Of a stretch of 63,166 nt of DNA, positions 36,701 through 46,241 are shown one piece after another (the first letter of the stretch is position 1; the number at the start of each line of letters is the position of its first letter). The stretch lies in assembly GCA_964592335.1 (NCBI GenBank), contig CAZQEU010000001.1, positions 1-63,166 of the forward strand. The letters are read 5' to 3'. The stretch comes from an uncultured Thermoplasmatales archaeon. Its GTDB lineage: Archaea > Thermoplasmatota > E2 > DHVEG-1. The position numbers and the translations under genes are program-made. The notes beneath the pieces were generated by a model. That model was not told the DNA's origin, did no database searches, and was given only the letters and a program-made list of their open reading frames with translations.

Positions 36701-38883
36701 GTACCATTTACAGTGTTATTTTCAATGGTTATAAAATCTCCAACTGTAATAATTCCTGCTATAGAGCAGTTTGTCATTACATTATTACGAATACTCGTGT
36801 TTCCCCTAGAACTTCCACTTAAGCTTATCGGAGAGATACTGTAACCAGAGATGTTAGACAAAAGATATATACAATAATATGTTCCATTAAATCTGTTATT
36901 TTCAATAACACTTCCATTATTTGATGTGTAAACAACCCCTATTTGGTTTCTATTAAAATAAAAATTACTTATATTACATCTATTTGAATCAACCCAAAAA
37001 GCATAATCTGTTGTATAATTAGTCTGAATTATTGTATTTAGATTTGATTCAGCAGATATATCAATATCGCTTGTTATCATTATAGACTCATTATAAGTGC
37101 CATTATATACATATACTGAATCTCCATTGCCCGCATCATTAACAGCATTTTGAATATTAGAGTAATTACTTGGACCCGACCCACCAACATAAATGGTAGT
37201 AATATTATTGTTTATCTTTACATACTCAACATCTATACTATTTAAAACACCAGTTGAGTTTACAACTAATTTTAATGAATAATAACCATCTGAAACATTT
37301 GAAGTGTTCCATTGTCCAAGTAAACTATCATTTACTTTATTAGCGGAACTAGTAACTTCAGTCCAGGATGAAGGATATAAACCATAGCCGTACAACAAAG
37401 AATAGTTTGTAAAACTGCTACCATTTGCAGTCCCATAAATTGTAATATTATTTGTAAATTCATTATCAAAATTAGATGAATTTATTATTGCCGTTGGAAT
37501 TTCGTCATATAAAAGAGATCTATATGCATTTATCCTTCCAGCTCCAATAAAATAATCAGAGTTTATACTCTCCGAAGAAGTTTTTAATATATTTAGAAGT
37601 TTTTGAGGGGTTAAACTAGAATTATATGAAAGAAGTAACGCAGCTAAACCTGCAACATGCGGACATGCCATAGAAGTTCCAGATGCTTCGTAGTACGTAT
37701 CCCCTTCAAAGGTACTGTATATGTCTACTCCCGGAGCTGCAATATCAACCCATGACCCCCAATTTGAAAAACTGGCTTTAGAATCTGTTTGGTTTGTAGC
37801 AGCAACCGCAATAACTGAATCATATCCTGCAGGATATGATTTTCTATCAAGATTACTATTTCCTGCAGCTGCAACTAATACAACACTATTATTATGAGCA
37901 TAATTTATCGCATCAGTTATCAAAGAAGATTCAGTATAACCTCCCCAACTCATACTTATAATATTTGCACCATTGTCAACAGCATAATAAATAGCATTTG
38001 CAAGATCATCTGAATAACCACCCCCACTACTACTAAGAGCCTTTATAGGCATTATCGAACAATTCCAACATATACCTGCAATCCCAATACTATTATTTCC
38101 AACTGCACCAATCACACCTGAACAGTGAGATCCATGGCCATGATCATCAGCAGGATTACTATCATTACTGTAGAAATCCCAACCTCTAATATCATCAATA
38201 TAACCATTACCATCAGTATCAGAACCATCAACAGACTCGTGTGTATTATTCCAGATATTATCAGCAAGATCTGGATGATCCCAATCAACACCTGTATCAA
38301 TAACCGCTACAACAATACTCCCATTTCCTGTTGTAATGTTCCATGCATCAGGTGTATCAATATCATGATCATTTGATTGATTTAAAGCCCATTGTTGATC
38401 AAAATAAGTATCATTAGGAAGAACAAAAGTTTGATAAAGATAATTTGGCTCAGCATACTCTACCTGTGGGTTATTATTAAATTCTTTCAGAATTTTATCG
38501 ATATCTGAATCTTTTGAAAATGAAACTTTATAAACATTTGACATCGGAGAAATACTATTTTCTTCTGATAATTGTTTATATGATGTAATATCATACTTAT
38601 CATTAAAAGTCATTATATCCATTGTCTTCTCTTGCTTATATTTTACAATTATTTCGCCTTGGGCAAAATCTGTCCTTAGAGTATTAGAAATTTTTTCAGG
38701 AAAAAACATATCTAAGTTTTCAAATTGATTTGAATAAACTTCCTCACCATCTTGTTGGTCTTCGTCTATAGAAAAATCAGCTATAATATGTGAATTAGCC
38801 ACACTAAAACTGCTTTCAAAAAAGAAAAATCCGTTACAAAATATTAAATAAATTGCAACTATTAATGATACAAGTTGTTTCAT
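33706..38883 (-). CDS. Giant (1725 aa) membrane-anchored subtilisin-like (S8) serine peptidase with an I9 propeptide, two NosD-like beta-helix blocks, two PKD domains and TSP3-like repeats
   Basis: Signal peptide. Triad motifs VAVIDTGVDWDHPDL, HGHGSHCSGVIGA and GTSMACPHVAGLAALL. PKD domains YSWNFGDGNT and YTWDFGDGTK. DTDADGWSDEEE and DGDDDGDGLTD repeats. C-terminal TM helix WLMIIIITIVIIAIISAIFILF. Confidence 0.9.
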   Translation of the reverse strand: MKQLVSLIVAIYLIFCNGFFFFESSFSVANSHIIADFSIDEDQQDGEEVYSNQFENLDMFFPEKISNTLRTDFAQGEIIVKYKQEKTMDIMTFNDKYDITSYKQLSEENSISPMSNVYKVSFSKDSDIDKILKEFNNNPQVEYAEPNYLYQTFVLPNDTYFDQQWALNQSNDHDIDTPDAWNITTGNGSIVVAVIDTGVDWDHPDLADNIWNNTHESVDGSDTDGNGYIDDIRGWDFYSNDSNPADDHGHGSHCSGVIGAVGNNSIGIAGICWNCSIMPIKALSSSGGGYSDDLANAIYYAVDNGANIISMSWGGYTESSLITDAINYAHNNSVVLVAAAGNSNLDRKSYPAGYDSVIAVAATNQTDSKASFSNWGSWVDIAAPGVDIYSTFEGDTYYEASGTSMACPHVAGLAALLLSYNSSLTPQKLLNILKTSSESINSDYFIGAGRINAYRSLLYDEIPTAIINSSNFDNEFTNNITIYGTANGSSFTNYSLLYGYGLYPSSWTEVTSSANKVNDSLLGQWNTSNVSDGYYSLKLVVNSTGVLNSIDVEYVKINNNITTIYVGGSGPSNYSNIQNAVNDAGNGDSVYVYNGTYNESIMITSDIDISAESNLNTIIQTNYTTDYAFWVDSNRCNISNFYFNRNQIGVVYTSNNGSVIENNRFNGTYYCIYLLSNISGYSISPISLSGSSRGNTSIRNNVMTNCSIAGIITVGDFITIENNTVNGTTLDFFGIDIKLVMGSMIWGKNNSLQNNLFNDCYGGVYPYFMNTSTINNNNIHNCDYGLISGYSNNNTMQNNIINNSNLSGLAISYSSNNNTFYKNTISNTTSKGIDIDSSCENNSFYYNTIKSNSDNARDLGTNNWYNQQYSLGNYYDDYNGLDANNDGIGDTAYSINGGSNQDLYPLCYEPTIPQFLVNDDYNSTTPGWHFDHFDSIQDAIDNISLGGFIHIYNGTYAENIFINKSMKLIGENRTGTVIDGSGQNDVITINASSITIKSCTIKNSGNSIWGPGWDSGIDIYQGLSSITIQDNRIINNTYGINLQRCYCDNNTILSNFISNNYKGVDLCYCDNNEISNNILTYNNESISLTYSNSNLILNNSVSLCKGSLNTSICLGFSCNNTISNNYLNNSRNAISLGTGSNYNLLNNNNISHNNEGIYLFESGNPNNNILTKNNILNNLEFGIKIKSNNNSIYHNNMINNGINANDTGDNNTWYNTTLLEGNYWGDYTTHYPNASYSNGIYDTPYNITGGVNNDTYPLVSQFEDYIILIINDAPSSITEGRDFTVTVKTLGNTYVENALVSIQGDNDTTNSNGQATLKAPSVSSDTSKIITASKTGYTSNTTSITVNNQQSSSPSGSSPPPAAPTNNPPTANSGGPYSGMINSEITFDGSSSSDPDEDTLTYSWNFGDGNTDTGETTTYSYASAGTYTVTLTVSDGSSSNSDTTNATIKVPESLNPPVADAGGPYSGLTYKKIIFDGSKSYDNGTIVNYTWDFGDGTKDYNKKTSHIYNTHGKFTIKLIVTDDEKYSITDSTIATIKLDTDADGWSDEEEKKYGYNYTNSSIYPIDTDGNRIPDDYDGDDDGDGLTDTIEDAIGSNKINKNDVKKINSSYYLIDADLDGIFEKLYYQNKGVVTDTKILDDGSYLLDMGGDEKWDHVYDPASNSVHTYSKEEPSDDLPWLMIIIITIVIIAIISAIFILFKTGVLSLEKKDQDTDVNQDDENYYHY

Positions 38884-38955
38884 TATATCCCATCCACTCT
38901 ATTATTTGTTATAAAATTTGTACTAATTAACTTTTATATTAAAAACGGTGTGTCT

Positions 38956-41900
38956 TTAAGTTGAAATACCAATCTTTACATCAATATTATCTATTTTCCA
39001 TTTTTTTACTAGTTTTCCAGAGGGTTTATCAACAAATGAAATTTTTTCAGATCTTGTCTCTCCTTTGATGTAATCTATCCAGTTCTGCAATGACTTTTGT
39101 TTTTCGGTTTTTATCTCAGTTGTGATTTTTTCTTCAACATCAAGATCTAGTTCTTTTCTCATTGATTGTATTCTTCTAACTATTTCTCTTGCAAACCCTT
39201 CTGCTTCAAGTTCAGGTGTTAGTTCTGTATCTAAAATAAGTGTCACATCATCTGTTTGAGTTTCTGCGATATGTTCTTTTACCGTATTTACTATCTCTAA
39301 ATCTTCTTCTAAAAGCTTTATTTTTTCACCTTGTATATCAAGTGTGATTTGTTTCTGTTTTTCAAACTTGTTGTATAGCTCTTCAGGTTTTTCCTCAATT
39401 TTTTGTGAAATAATCTTTGATTTTTCTTTGTATTTGGGACCAATTTTAGCATGATTTGGTTTAAGGGATTTTTTCATAAATTTTTCTGTGTTTCTTTCAA
39501 AACTGATTTTTTTAACGTTTATCTCTTCGTTTAAAAGATCAAGTAAGTTTTTAACAAGGTTCTCTGTTTTTTTATCACAGACAAGTGTTGCGCTACTTAA
39601 TGGATATTTTACCTTAATTCCAACCTTAGAACGCAGTGCTCTTCCAACTTCTACAAGAGCTCGTATCTTCTCCATTCCCTGCTCAAGTTTTTCATCAACT
39701 TGTTTCCCATTTATTTTGTAGTAATCACATAGATGAATGCTTTCGGCCATATCCTTTGTTTTTATGTTCTGATAAACTTCCTCTGTGATAAATGGTACAA
39801 ATGGAGCGATTATTTTTGATAGATTCAAAAAGATTTCATACATTGTAGAATATCCTGCAAGTTTATCCTCTGTTTTTTCTTCAACCCAGAGTCTTTTCCT
39901 TGAGCGCCTCAGATACCAGTTGCTAAAATCTTCTATTACAAAGTTTTCAACTGTTCTTGCTGCTTTGTGGATATCAAAGCTTTCAAAGTTTTTTTCAACC
40001 TCAATTGCTGTTTTGTTGAACCGGCTTATTATCCATTTATCCAAAAGCTGTCTTTTATCAAATGTTACTGTATCTTTTTTAGGATTGAACTTGTCAAGAG
40101 AAGCATATGTTGCAAAGAAATTATATGAGTTCCAAAATGTAAGTATAAATTTACCAAGTGTTTCTTTTACAGCTTCTTCAAAGAATCTTTTTGAGTTCCA
40201 CGGGGCACTAGCTGATATTAGATACCATCTAAGGGCATCTGCGCCTTCGTTGTCAAGTACTATATCTGGGTCTACATAGTTTCTCTTGCTTTTACTCATT
40301 TTTTGATTGTTTTCATCCAAAATCAACCCTAGTGTTAAAACGTTTTTATAGGATCTATCATCAAATAAGAATGTTGATATTGCAAGAAGTGAGTAGAACC
40401 ATCCACGGGTTTGATCTAGTGCTTCACTTATAAAATCCACTGGGAAGTTTTGTTTGAATTTTTCTTTGTTTTCAAATGGGTAATGCCATTGTGCAAAAAA
40501 CGCTGAGCCTGAATCATACCAACAGTCTATTACTTCTTCCTCTCTTTTCATTGGTTTTTTGCATTTAGGACATTTAATCTTTAATTTGTCCACTAGTGGT
40601 TTGTGAAGATCATAATCTTCTGGGAAATTCTCACTTAAGTCTCTTAGTTCTTCAACACTACCAACACAGATTTGATGATTGCAGTTTTCATCTGTACATG
40701 TCCAAATTGGTAGTGGTGTTCCCCAGTATCTCTTTCGTGATAGTGCCCAGTCTTTTACATCACGTATGAAATCACCGAATCTACCTTGTTGAAGATGCTT
40801 TGGATACCAGTTAATGTTATTGTTGTTTTTAACTAATGAATCCTGAACCTTGGTCATACCAATAAACCAGGATTCCATTGCATAATAAATCAGAGGGGAG
40901 TCACATCGCCAGCAGAATGGATAGTCATGAGTATATTCATGGACTCCTTCCAACAGACCTCTTTCTTCCAGATGTTTTGTAATCTCAGGATCTGCATCTT
41001 TTACAAATTTTCCTTCCCATAGAGGTACTTCTGCTGGAAATGTTCCATCGAGTTTTACAAGCTGAATTACTGGTAGATCATATTTTCTTCCAATATTATA
41101 ATCATCCTCTCCAAATGCAGGTGCGATATGTACGATCCCTGTACCATCATCCATTGTTACAAAATCAGCAGTTATTATGTACCATGCTTTTTTCTTTGGT
41201 TTTGCATAATCAAAAAGTGGTTCATAATCTATGCCTTCAAGTTCTTTTCCTTTGAAACCATCTATTATATCATATTGTTGATCTTTGAGAAGAACAGATG
41301 CTCGTTCTTCTGCAAGAATTAAAACCTGGTTATTATATCGAACTTTGATATACAACTCATCAGGATGAACAGCTAGAGCCACGTTTGATATAAGTGTCCA
41401 TGGTGTTGTAGTCCATGCTAAAAAATATGCATCCTCTTCTTTTAATTTGAATTTTACAAAAATCGAGGGTTCTTTTACGTTTTTATAGCCCTGTGAGATT
41501 TCATGGGCAGAAAGAGCTGTTCCACATCTTGGACAGTATGGTACAACCTTATGACCTCTGTATAATAATTTTTTTTCCCATGCTTGTTTAAGTGACCACC
41601 AGACAGATTCAATATAATCGTTTTCAAGAGTGACATATGGGTTTTTCATGTCAAGCCAAAAGCCGATTCTCTTGGTCATATCTACCCATACGTTTTCATA
41701 TTTGAAAACACATTTTTTACATTCTTTGTTAAAACTTTCTATTCCATAATTTTCTACTTCTTGTTTATCTGAAAGACCTAGTTCTTTTTCTACTTCTATT
41801 TCAACTGGAAGCCCGTGTGTATCCCACCCAGCTTTTCTAAGTATGTAATGTCCTTTCATTGTTTGGTATCTAAGAACAAGATCTTTTACAACTCTAGTGA

Positions 41901-42078
41901 GAATATGTCCTGGATGGGGCATACCATTTGCTGTTGGAGGACCCTCTAAGAATACATATGGCTTACAACCTTTGCGCTGATCTATTGATTTTTGAAATAT
42001 GTTTTTTTCATCCCAGAATTTAAGAATTTTTTTTTCAACTGATGTAGGTTTGTATTTCTGTGGTGGTTGCTTGATCAT
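38956..42078 (-). CDS. ileS: Isoleucine--tRNA ligase
   Basis: PPTANGMPHPGHILTR (HIGH-class motif), KMSKSKRN (KMSKS), CP1 editing insert and Zn-like CPKC. The ORF is 1040 aa. Confidence 0.95.
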   Translation of the reverse strand: MIKQPPQKYKPTSVEKKILKFWDEKNIFQKSIDQRKGCKPYVFLEGPPTANGMPHPGHILTRVVKDLVLRYQTMKGHYILRKAGWDTHGLPVEIEVEKELGLSDKQEVENYGIESFNKECKKCVFKYENVWVDMTKRIGFWLDMKNPYVTLENDYIESVWWSLKQAWEKKLLYRGHKVVPYCPRCGTALSAHEISQGYKNVKEPSIFVKFKLKEEDAYFLAWTTTPWTLISNVALAVHPDELYIKVRYNNQVLILAEERASVLLKDQQYDIIDGFKGKELEGIDYEPLFDYAKPKKKAWYIITADFVTMDDGTGIVHIAPAFGEDDYNIGRKYDLPVIQLVKLDGTFPAEVPLWEGKFVKDADPEITKHLEERGLLEGVHEYTHDYPFCWRCDSPLIYYAMESWFIGMTKVQDSLVKNNNNINWYPKHLQQGRFGDFIRDVKDWALSRKRYWGTPLPIWTCTDENCNHQICVGSVEELRDLSENFPEDYDLHKPLVDKLKIKCPKCKKPMKREEEVIDCWYDSGSAFFAQWHYPFENKEKFKQNFPVDFISEALDQTRGWFYSLLAISTFLFDDRSYKNVLTLGLILDENNQKMSKSKRNYVDPDIVLDNEGADALRWYLISASAPWNSKRFFEEAVKETLGKFILTFWNSYNFFATYASLDKFNPKKDTVTFDKRQLLDKWIISRFNKTAIEVEKNFESFDIHKAARTVENFVIEDFSNWYLRRSRKRLWVEEKTEDKLAGYSTMYEIFLNLSKIIAPFVPFITEEVYQNIKTKDMAESIHLCDYYKINGKQVDEKLEQGMEKIRALVEVGRALRSKVGIKVKYPLSSATLVCDKKTENLVKNLLDLLNEEINVKKISFERNTEKFMKKSLKPNHAKIGPKYKEKSKIISQKIEEKPEELYNKFEKQKQITLDIQGEKIKLLEEDLEIVNTVKEHIAETQTDDVTLILDTELTPELEAEGFAREIVRRIQSMRKELDLDVEEKITTEIKTEKQKSLQNWIDYIKGETRSEKISFVDKPSGKLVKKWKIDNIDVKIGIST

Positions 42079-42139
42079 GTTATATTACTTCCTTTTAAAC
42101 AGCACCCTTAATAACAGAAGAGTATTAAAACCGTTTCCA

Positions 42140-43444
42140 TTAATAGTTTCTGATATCCTCTGTTTTCATAAACTCACGCAGAAATGATGTTGCATAACAT
42201 CCTTTTAAAAGCTCGAATTTAAGTGTCAAAGCTTTTCCTGTTTCTTTGTCTTCAAATAATTTGTAATCAAAGTTTTTTACAAAACCAAGTATTGATCTTC
42301 GAGATCCTGAAGATGAAATAAATGGTATTTCCGGGATTATAAAATCCCTGTGATCGATTTTTTCAGATTCGATTATTTTATGTTCTATCTCACCCATTTC
42401 TCCTCCGCAGAAAACAGAATCGCTTCCAAAGAGCACTGCGCTTATAACTGCTTTTTGTTTTGAAAGTTGAATATTTACTTTTTCAATGTTTTTATCTGAT
42501 ACAGGTATCGATCTATCATCAATTATTCCTTTTTTTAATGGTAAAACGATATCTCCTTCTATTGCTTTATTTAGAGGTATCTTCCTTTTTATTCTCTCAC
42601 TTATTATTTTGTTAAAAAGATATGATTGATATGCATAAACAAACATAGTCAGCAGATTATTTGGAAGTTCTTTTAATGCTGATACAAAATCATCAGGGTT
42701 TTTTACAAGTTTGTTTAATATTGCTTTTTCAAAATTTAGTTTATCCGGGTAATTTTTTAGTGCTTCTGAGTAATCATGGGTTTCTTGAAGTTTTTTTCTA
42801 AGCTTGTATGTTTCATCATCCTCAGCCTTTATTGGATTTGCAATATAGCTCATTACTGCTTTTTCAAAATCACCTTTTACAATATGTTTTCCAACTATAT
42901 GGGTGATCGGTCTTATTATTCCAAATCTTTGAATACCAAAAAAATTTGGAAAACCACCATTTTTATCTATCAAGGACCAAATATTTTTGATATCAACATT
43001 TTTTGTATTTTTTCCAATATTACGAATAGTTATCTCAAACTCATTTCCAATTAACGTTCCGATTTTAACTGGTCTGTCAGATCTGTAAACATTTTTTATT
43101 TCAACGTCTTTGAGTTTTATATCTGATACATTATCTGTTTTTACTTTGTAAAAAGACATTAGTTGTTTGGTTTCTGCTCTTTTGTCTTTTGTACCTGCAA
43201 AACCAACCCTCTGACGAGAGATATGAAGCCTATTTGAAAGTTCTCTGATTAAACGATTTGTTTCCCATGAGAGAGATGTTATCTCTGCTATTGTAAATTT
43301 GCCATCGTTTTTGTTGGGTGGATAAATAGATTTTTCTGATACTTTAAAATCTTCAGGGTAAAACCTTAGTTTTCCACCAACTCCCTTAAATGGGTTTAAA
43401 AAAGTAGTAACTCCGATTTTTTTTTCTGATTCAAGAGTTTTCAT
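42140..43444 (-). CDS. truD: tRNA pseudouridine(13) synthase TruD/Pus7 family
   Basis: GFAGTKDKRAETKQ catalytic Asp motif, FPNFFGIQRFG and RRSILGFV. Confidence 0.9.
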   Translation of the reverse strand: MKTLESEKKIGVTTFLNPFKGVGGKLRFYPEDFKVSEKSIYPPNKNDGKFTIAEITSLSWETNRLIRELSNRLHISRQRVGFAGTKDKRAETKQLMSFYKVKTDNVSDIKLKDVEIKNVYRSDRPVKIGTLIGNEFEITIRNIGKNTKNVDIKNIWSLIDKNGGFPNFFGIQRFGIIRPITHIVGKHIVKGDFEKAVMSYIANPIKAEDDETYKLRKKLQETHDYSEALKNYPDKLNFEKAILNKLVKNPDDFVSALKELPNNLLTMFVYAYQSYLFNKIISERIKRKIPLNKAIEGDIVLPLKKGIIDDRSIPVSDKNIEKVNIQLSKQKAVISAVLFGSDSVFCGGEMGEIEHKIIESEKIDHRDFIIPEIPFISSSGSRRSILGFVKNFDYKLFEDKETGKALTLKFELLKGCYATSFLREFMKTEDIRNY

Positions 43445-43726
43445 CTATTTTTTACTCTTTTTGGTTTCAAAGTTTTTACTAAAATCTTTTACTTCTTTTG
43501 TTAGTTGTTTTACTGCTTTCATAAGAATTTCTTCAGGTTTTCCTTTGGTGACTCTTAGGTAGAGTCTTCTTTTTTTGGAGTTAGGATGGTCTGCCATATA
43601 TGTAGCATAATCCACATCTTCATATTGAAGCAGTACCTCCGCTATTGGGTTTAGAATTGTTTCGTTTTCATCTGTTATCTCAATTTCTAGTTCTTTTGAG
43701 GTTTTTTTAATTTTTTTAAGTTCCAT
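43445..43726 (-). CDS. rpoL: DNA-directed RNA polymerase subunit L (Rpo11)
   Basis: ELEIEITDENETILNPIAEVLLQYEDVDYATYMADHPNSKKRRLYLRV is the RpoL/Rpb11 dimerisation fold pattern. Its stop abuts the truD start. Confidence 0.85.
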   Translation of the reverse strand: MELKKIKKTSKELEIEITDENETILNPIAEVLLQYEDVDYATYMADHPNSKKRRLYLRVTKGKPEEILMKAVKQLTKEVKDFSKNFETKKSKK

Positions 43727-43750
43727 TAATTCTCACTTCCTACGTTTTTT

Positions 43751-44323
43751 TTATAATTTGTTAGGATCATATGTTCCATAATCTTGTGAAATGTTTCTTC
43801 GTTCTTTGTTTCTACAGTTTTCACATTCTAGTATGCTTCCTTTTTTATGAAGAGTATGTCTGCATTTTGAACAAAGCGATTTTATTGAGCCGTATTCTCT
43901 TCCTTTTGTATGTAGTTGTATACTAGGTTTTACTTGTGTTACTTTTGCTCTTATTATGTCACCGGGGGCGAATTCTGTTGCTGGGTCTTTTACATATGAT
44001 TGAGATATCTCAGCAACTCTAAGTGTTCCATTTGTATCTCCAGATATTTGTCTTTTTTTACCTATTACATGTATTACATCTGCAATTATCATATTGGATC
44101 TAACCATTCCTACTCTTGCAAGAACTGTGTCTCCTTTTTTGACTTTAATAGGGATGCTTGTTAGTGGTTTTACAGTTGCAGTTCTGTTTTTTTGATCTAC
44201 ATAGTACTTTCCAAACCGAGAAGCTTTTATTATTCCATTTTCTTCAAATGTTCCATCTCCCGGCCCTAATTCTTCAGATGTTGATACTTGGTCCCCGGGT
44301 AAAACTATTTTTTCTTTTGTCAT
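43751..44323 (-). CDS. csl4: Exosome complex RNA-binding subunit Csl4
   Basis: N-terminal LPGDQV...GPGDGTFEENG, an S1 domain (GDTVLARV...VIHV), and a C-terminal Zn-ribbon CSKCRHTLHKKGSILECENCRNKE. Confidence 0.85.
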   Translation of the reverse strand: MTKEKIVLPGDQVSTSEELGPGDGTFEENGIIKASRFGKYYVDQKNRTATVKPLTSIPIKVKKGDTVLARVGMVRSNMIIADVIHVIGKKRQISGDTNGTLRVAEISQSYVKDPATEFAPGDIIRAKVTQVKPSIQLHTKGREYGSIKSLCSKCRHTLHKKGSILECENCRNKERRNISQDYGTYDPNKL

Positions 44324-44473
44324 TAGTTCACCTAATTTTTGTAAGTTTTTATCAGATATGGCAATTATACTAATGTTTTAAATCTTGTGGTTAGGAAAAA
44401 TTAAATTTTTTTGGATTAAATCTTTAATATGATAAAGTATACAGGTGTAACTGATGTGAGGTTGTAAAGATAG

Positions 44474-45574
44474 ATGATGAAATATTCTTCTGAAGATTTT
44501 GTTGAAGATATCTGTAAAGAAAAATACTCAGGTTTTTATCTAGGGGCAGATGTAGGGGGAACCTTTACAAGATTAGCAGTTGCTGGTGTTAAAGAAGATA
44601 AAGCAGATTTGATATTTTCATTAAATTTTCAAACATCTTCATTAAAATCAATAATACCTGCACTCAAAGAAACGCTGGATTATGCAGATAAAAAATATGA
44701 TATAAGTATTAAAGCAGGATGTATTGGCTGTGCTGGAAGAATATCAAAATCAGGTGAATTTGTTAAACTTACAAATGCAGAGTGGAGTATAAACAAAAAA
44801 GAAATTATAGAAAACATTCATCTAAATGATGTTTTTTTAATAAATGATTTTGAAGCTTTAGGTTTTGGAATTAATCTTTTGGATGAAAATAACAATAGAG
44901 ATATTTTTAAGATAAGAGAAAACAAAGAAAATATTCCTAATCAGGGTACAAAAGCAGTAATTGGTGCTGGTACAGGTCTAGGAAAATGTATTCTAACATA
45001 TGATAAGGAAAAATGTTGTTATGTACCAATTGCAAGTGAAGGAGGAAACAGTGATTTTCCCTGTTATAACGAATTTGAAGTAGAACTTGTTGATTATATA
45101 AAAAAAATTCGTAGTATATCAAAACCTTTAGTATATGAAGAACTTTTATCAGGTAGAGGTATAAAAGGGATCTATAGTTTTCTTAAAAAAAAGAATGATT
45201 TTGGAAAAACAAAAGTTGATTATGAAATAGAAGAATCAGAGGATGGTGCAGAATTAATATCAAAATATAGAAAAAAAGATGAGAATTGTAAAAAGACTTT
45301 TGATTTGTTTAAAAAGTTTTATGGTAGATGCGCAAAAAATTTTGCTCTTGATACACTTTCAAAAGCTGGGATGTATATATCAGGAGGTATTGCTGCTAAA
45401 AACAGCGATATGTTTCAATCCAAAGATTTTTTAGATGAATTTAACAATGGAAATCGTAGAGAAGATTTTTTGAGAAATGTTCCAATATATATTATACTAA
45501 ACAAAAATACAGGACTGCTAGGTGCATGTTATGCTGCTGAAATAAAAAGTAGAGAGCTGGATAGTTATGACTAA
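44474..45574 (+). CDS. glk: Glucokinase (bacterial Glk family, PF02685-like)
   Basis: GADVGGTFTRLAV phosphate-1 motif, INDFEALGFGI, AVIGAGTGLG and YISGGIAAKN. Confidence 0.75.
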   Translation: MMKYSSEDFVEDICKEKYSGFYLGADVGGTFTRLAVAGVKEDKADLIFSLNFQTSSLKSIIPALKETLDYADKKYDISIKAGCIGCAGRISKSGEFVKLTNAEWSINKKEIIENIHLNDVFLINDFEALGFGINLLDENNNRDIFKIRENKENIPNQGTKAVIGAGTGLGKCILTYDKEKCCYVPIASEGGNSDFPCYNEFEVELVDYIKKIRSISKPLVYEELLSGRGIKGIYSFLKKKNDFGKTKVDYEIEESEDGAELISKYRKKDENCKKTFDLFKKFYGRCAKNFALDTLSKAGMYISGGIAAKNSDMFQSKDFLDEFNNGNRREDFLRNVPIYIILNKNTGLLGACYAAEIKSRELDSYD

Positions 45575-46241
45575 AAACGCTGTTGTTGATGAAGTATATG
45601 AAAAACATTTTCGTGTTGCAATCTTTGGATCTGCAAGGATAAAAGTCAATGAACCAGCATATGATAATGTCTACAAACTAGCACATATGCTTGGTGCAGA
45701 AAACATAGATATTGTAACTGGTGGAGGACCCGGCATCATGCAGGCTGCCTGTAAAGGTCATCATGAAGGAAGGAAAAGTGATGCATCTCACTCTATAGGT
45801 CTTAATATTGATATACCTGCTGAGCAGAAAACAAATAGATATCTAGATATAAAAAAAGATTTTCATAGGTTTTCAAAACGCCTTGATACATTTATGGTTT
45901 TATCAAATGCTGTAGTAGTAGCTCCTGGAGGAGTTGGGACACTTCTGGAGCTTGCATATGCATGGCAGCTTGTACAAGTAAAACACATATGCAATATTCC
46001 AATTATTCTATTGGGTGAGATGTGGGCGGAGTTTTTGAAATGGGTAGAAAAACATCCATTAGAAAAAGATTTTTTATCTCAAAAAGACCTGCAGCATTTG
46101 TTTGTTGCAAAAGATAGTTTTGAAGCATTTAGAATAATTAAAAGATTTCATGAAGGATATCTTAAAGGAGAGGATATCTGCTATAACTTTAAAAAATACA
46201 AATGTGAAACAGATAGTTTACTTGATGGTGAAAAAATATGA
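45567..46241 (+). CDS. LOG family (TIGR00730) Rossmann-fold nucleotide-binding protein
   Basis: IFGSARIK...IVTGGGPGIMQAACKG...VVAPGGVGTLLEL (PGGxGTxxE motif). Overlaps glk by 8 nt. Confidence 0.85.
   Translation: MTKNAVVDEVYEKHFRVAIFGSARIKVNEPAYDNVYKLAHMLGAENIDIVTGGGPGIMQAACKGHHEGRKSDASHSIGLNIDIPAEQKTNRYLDIKKDFHRFSKRLDTFMVLSNAVVVAPGGVGTLLELAYAWQLVQVKHICNIPIILLGEMWAEFLKWVEKHPLEKDFLSQKDLQHLFVAKDSFEAFRIIKRFHEGYLKGEDICYNFKKYKCETDSLLDGEKI

Noticed and set aside
39785-40279. 164-aa ORF antisense to ileS. The same applies to 39488-39721, 41040-41255 and 41128-41322.
   Set aside because: ileS is unambiguous across this span. The antisense frame stays open only because of the Lys/Glu-rich codon bias of the sense strand.
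44474-44540. Box C/D sRNA-like ATGATGA ... CTGA at the start of glk.
   Set aside because: The spacing is 9 nt instead of about 12. No convincing C' or terminal D box is present, and the motif coincides with the glk start codons (MMKYSSEDF).
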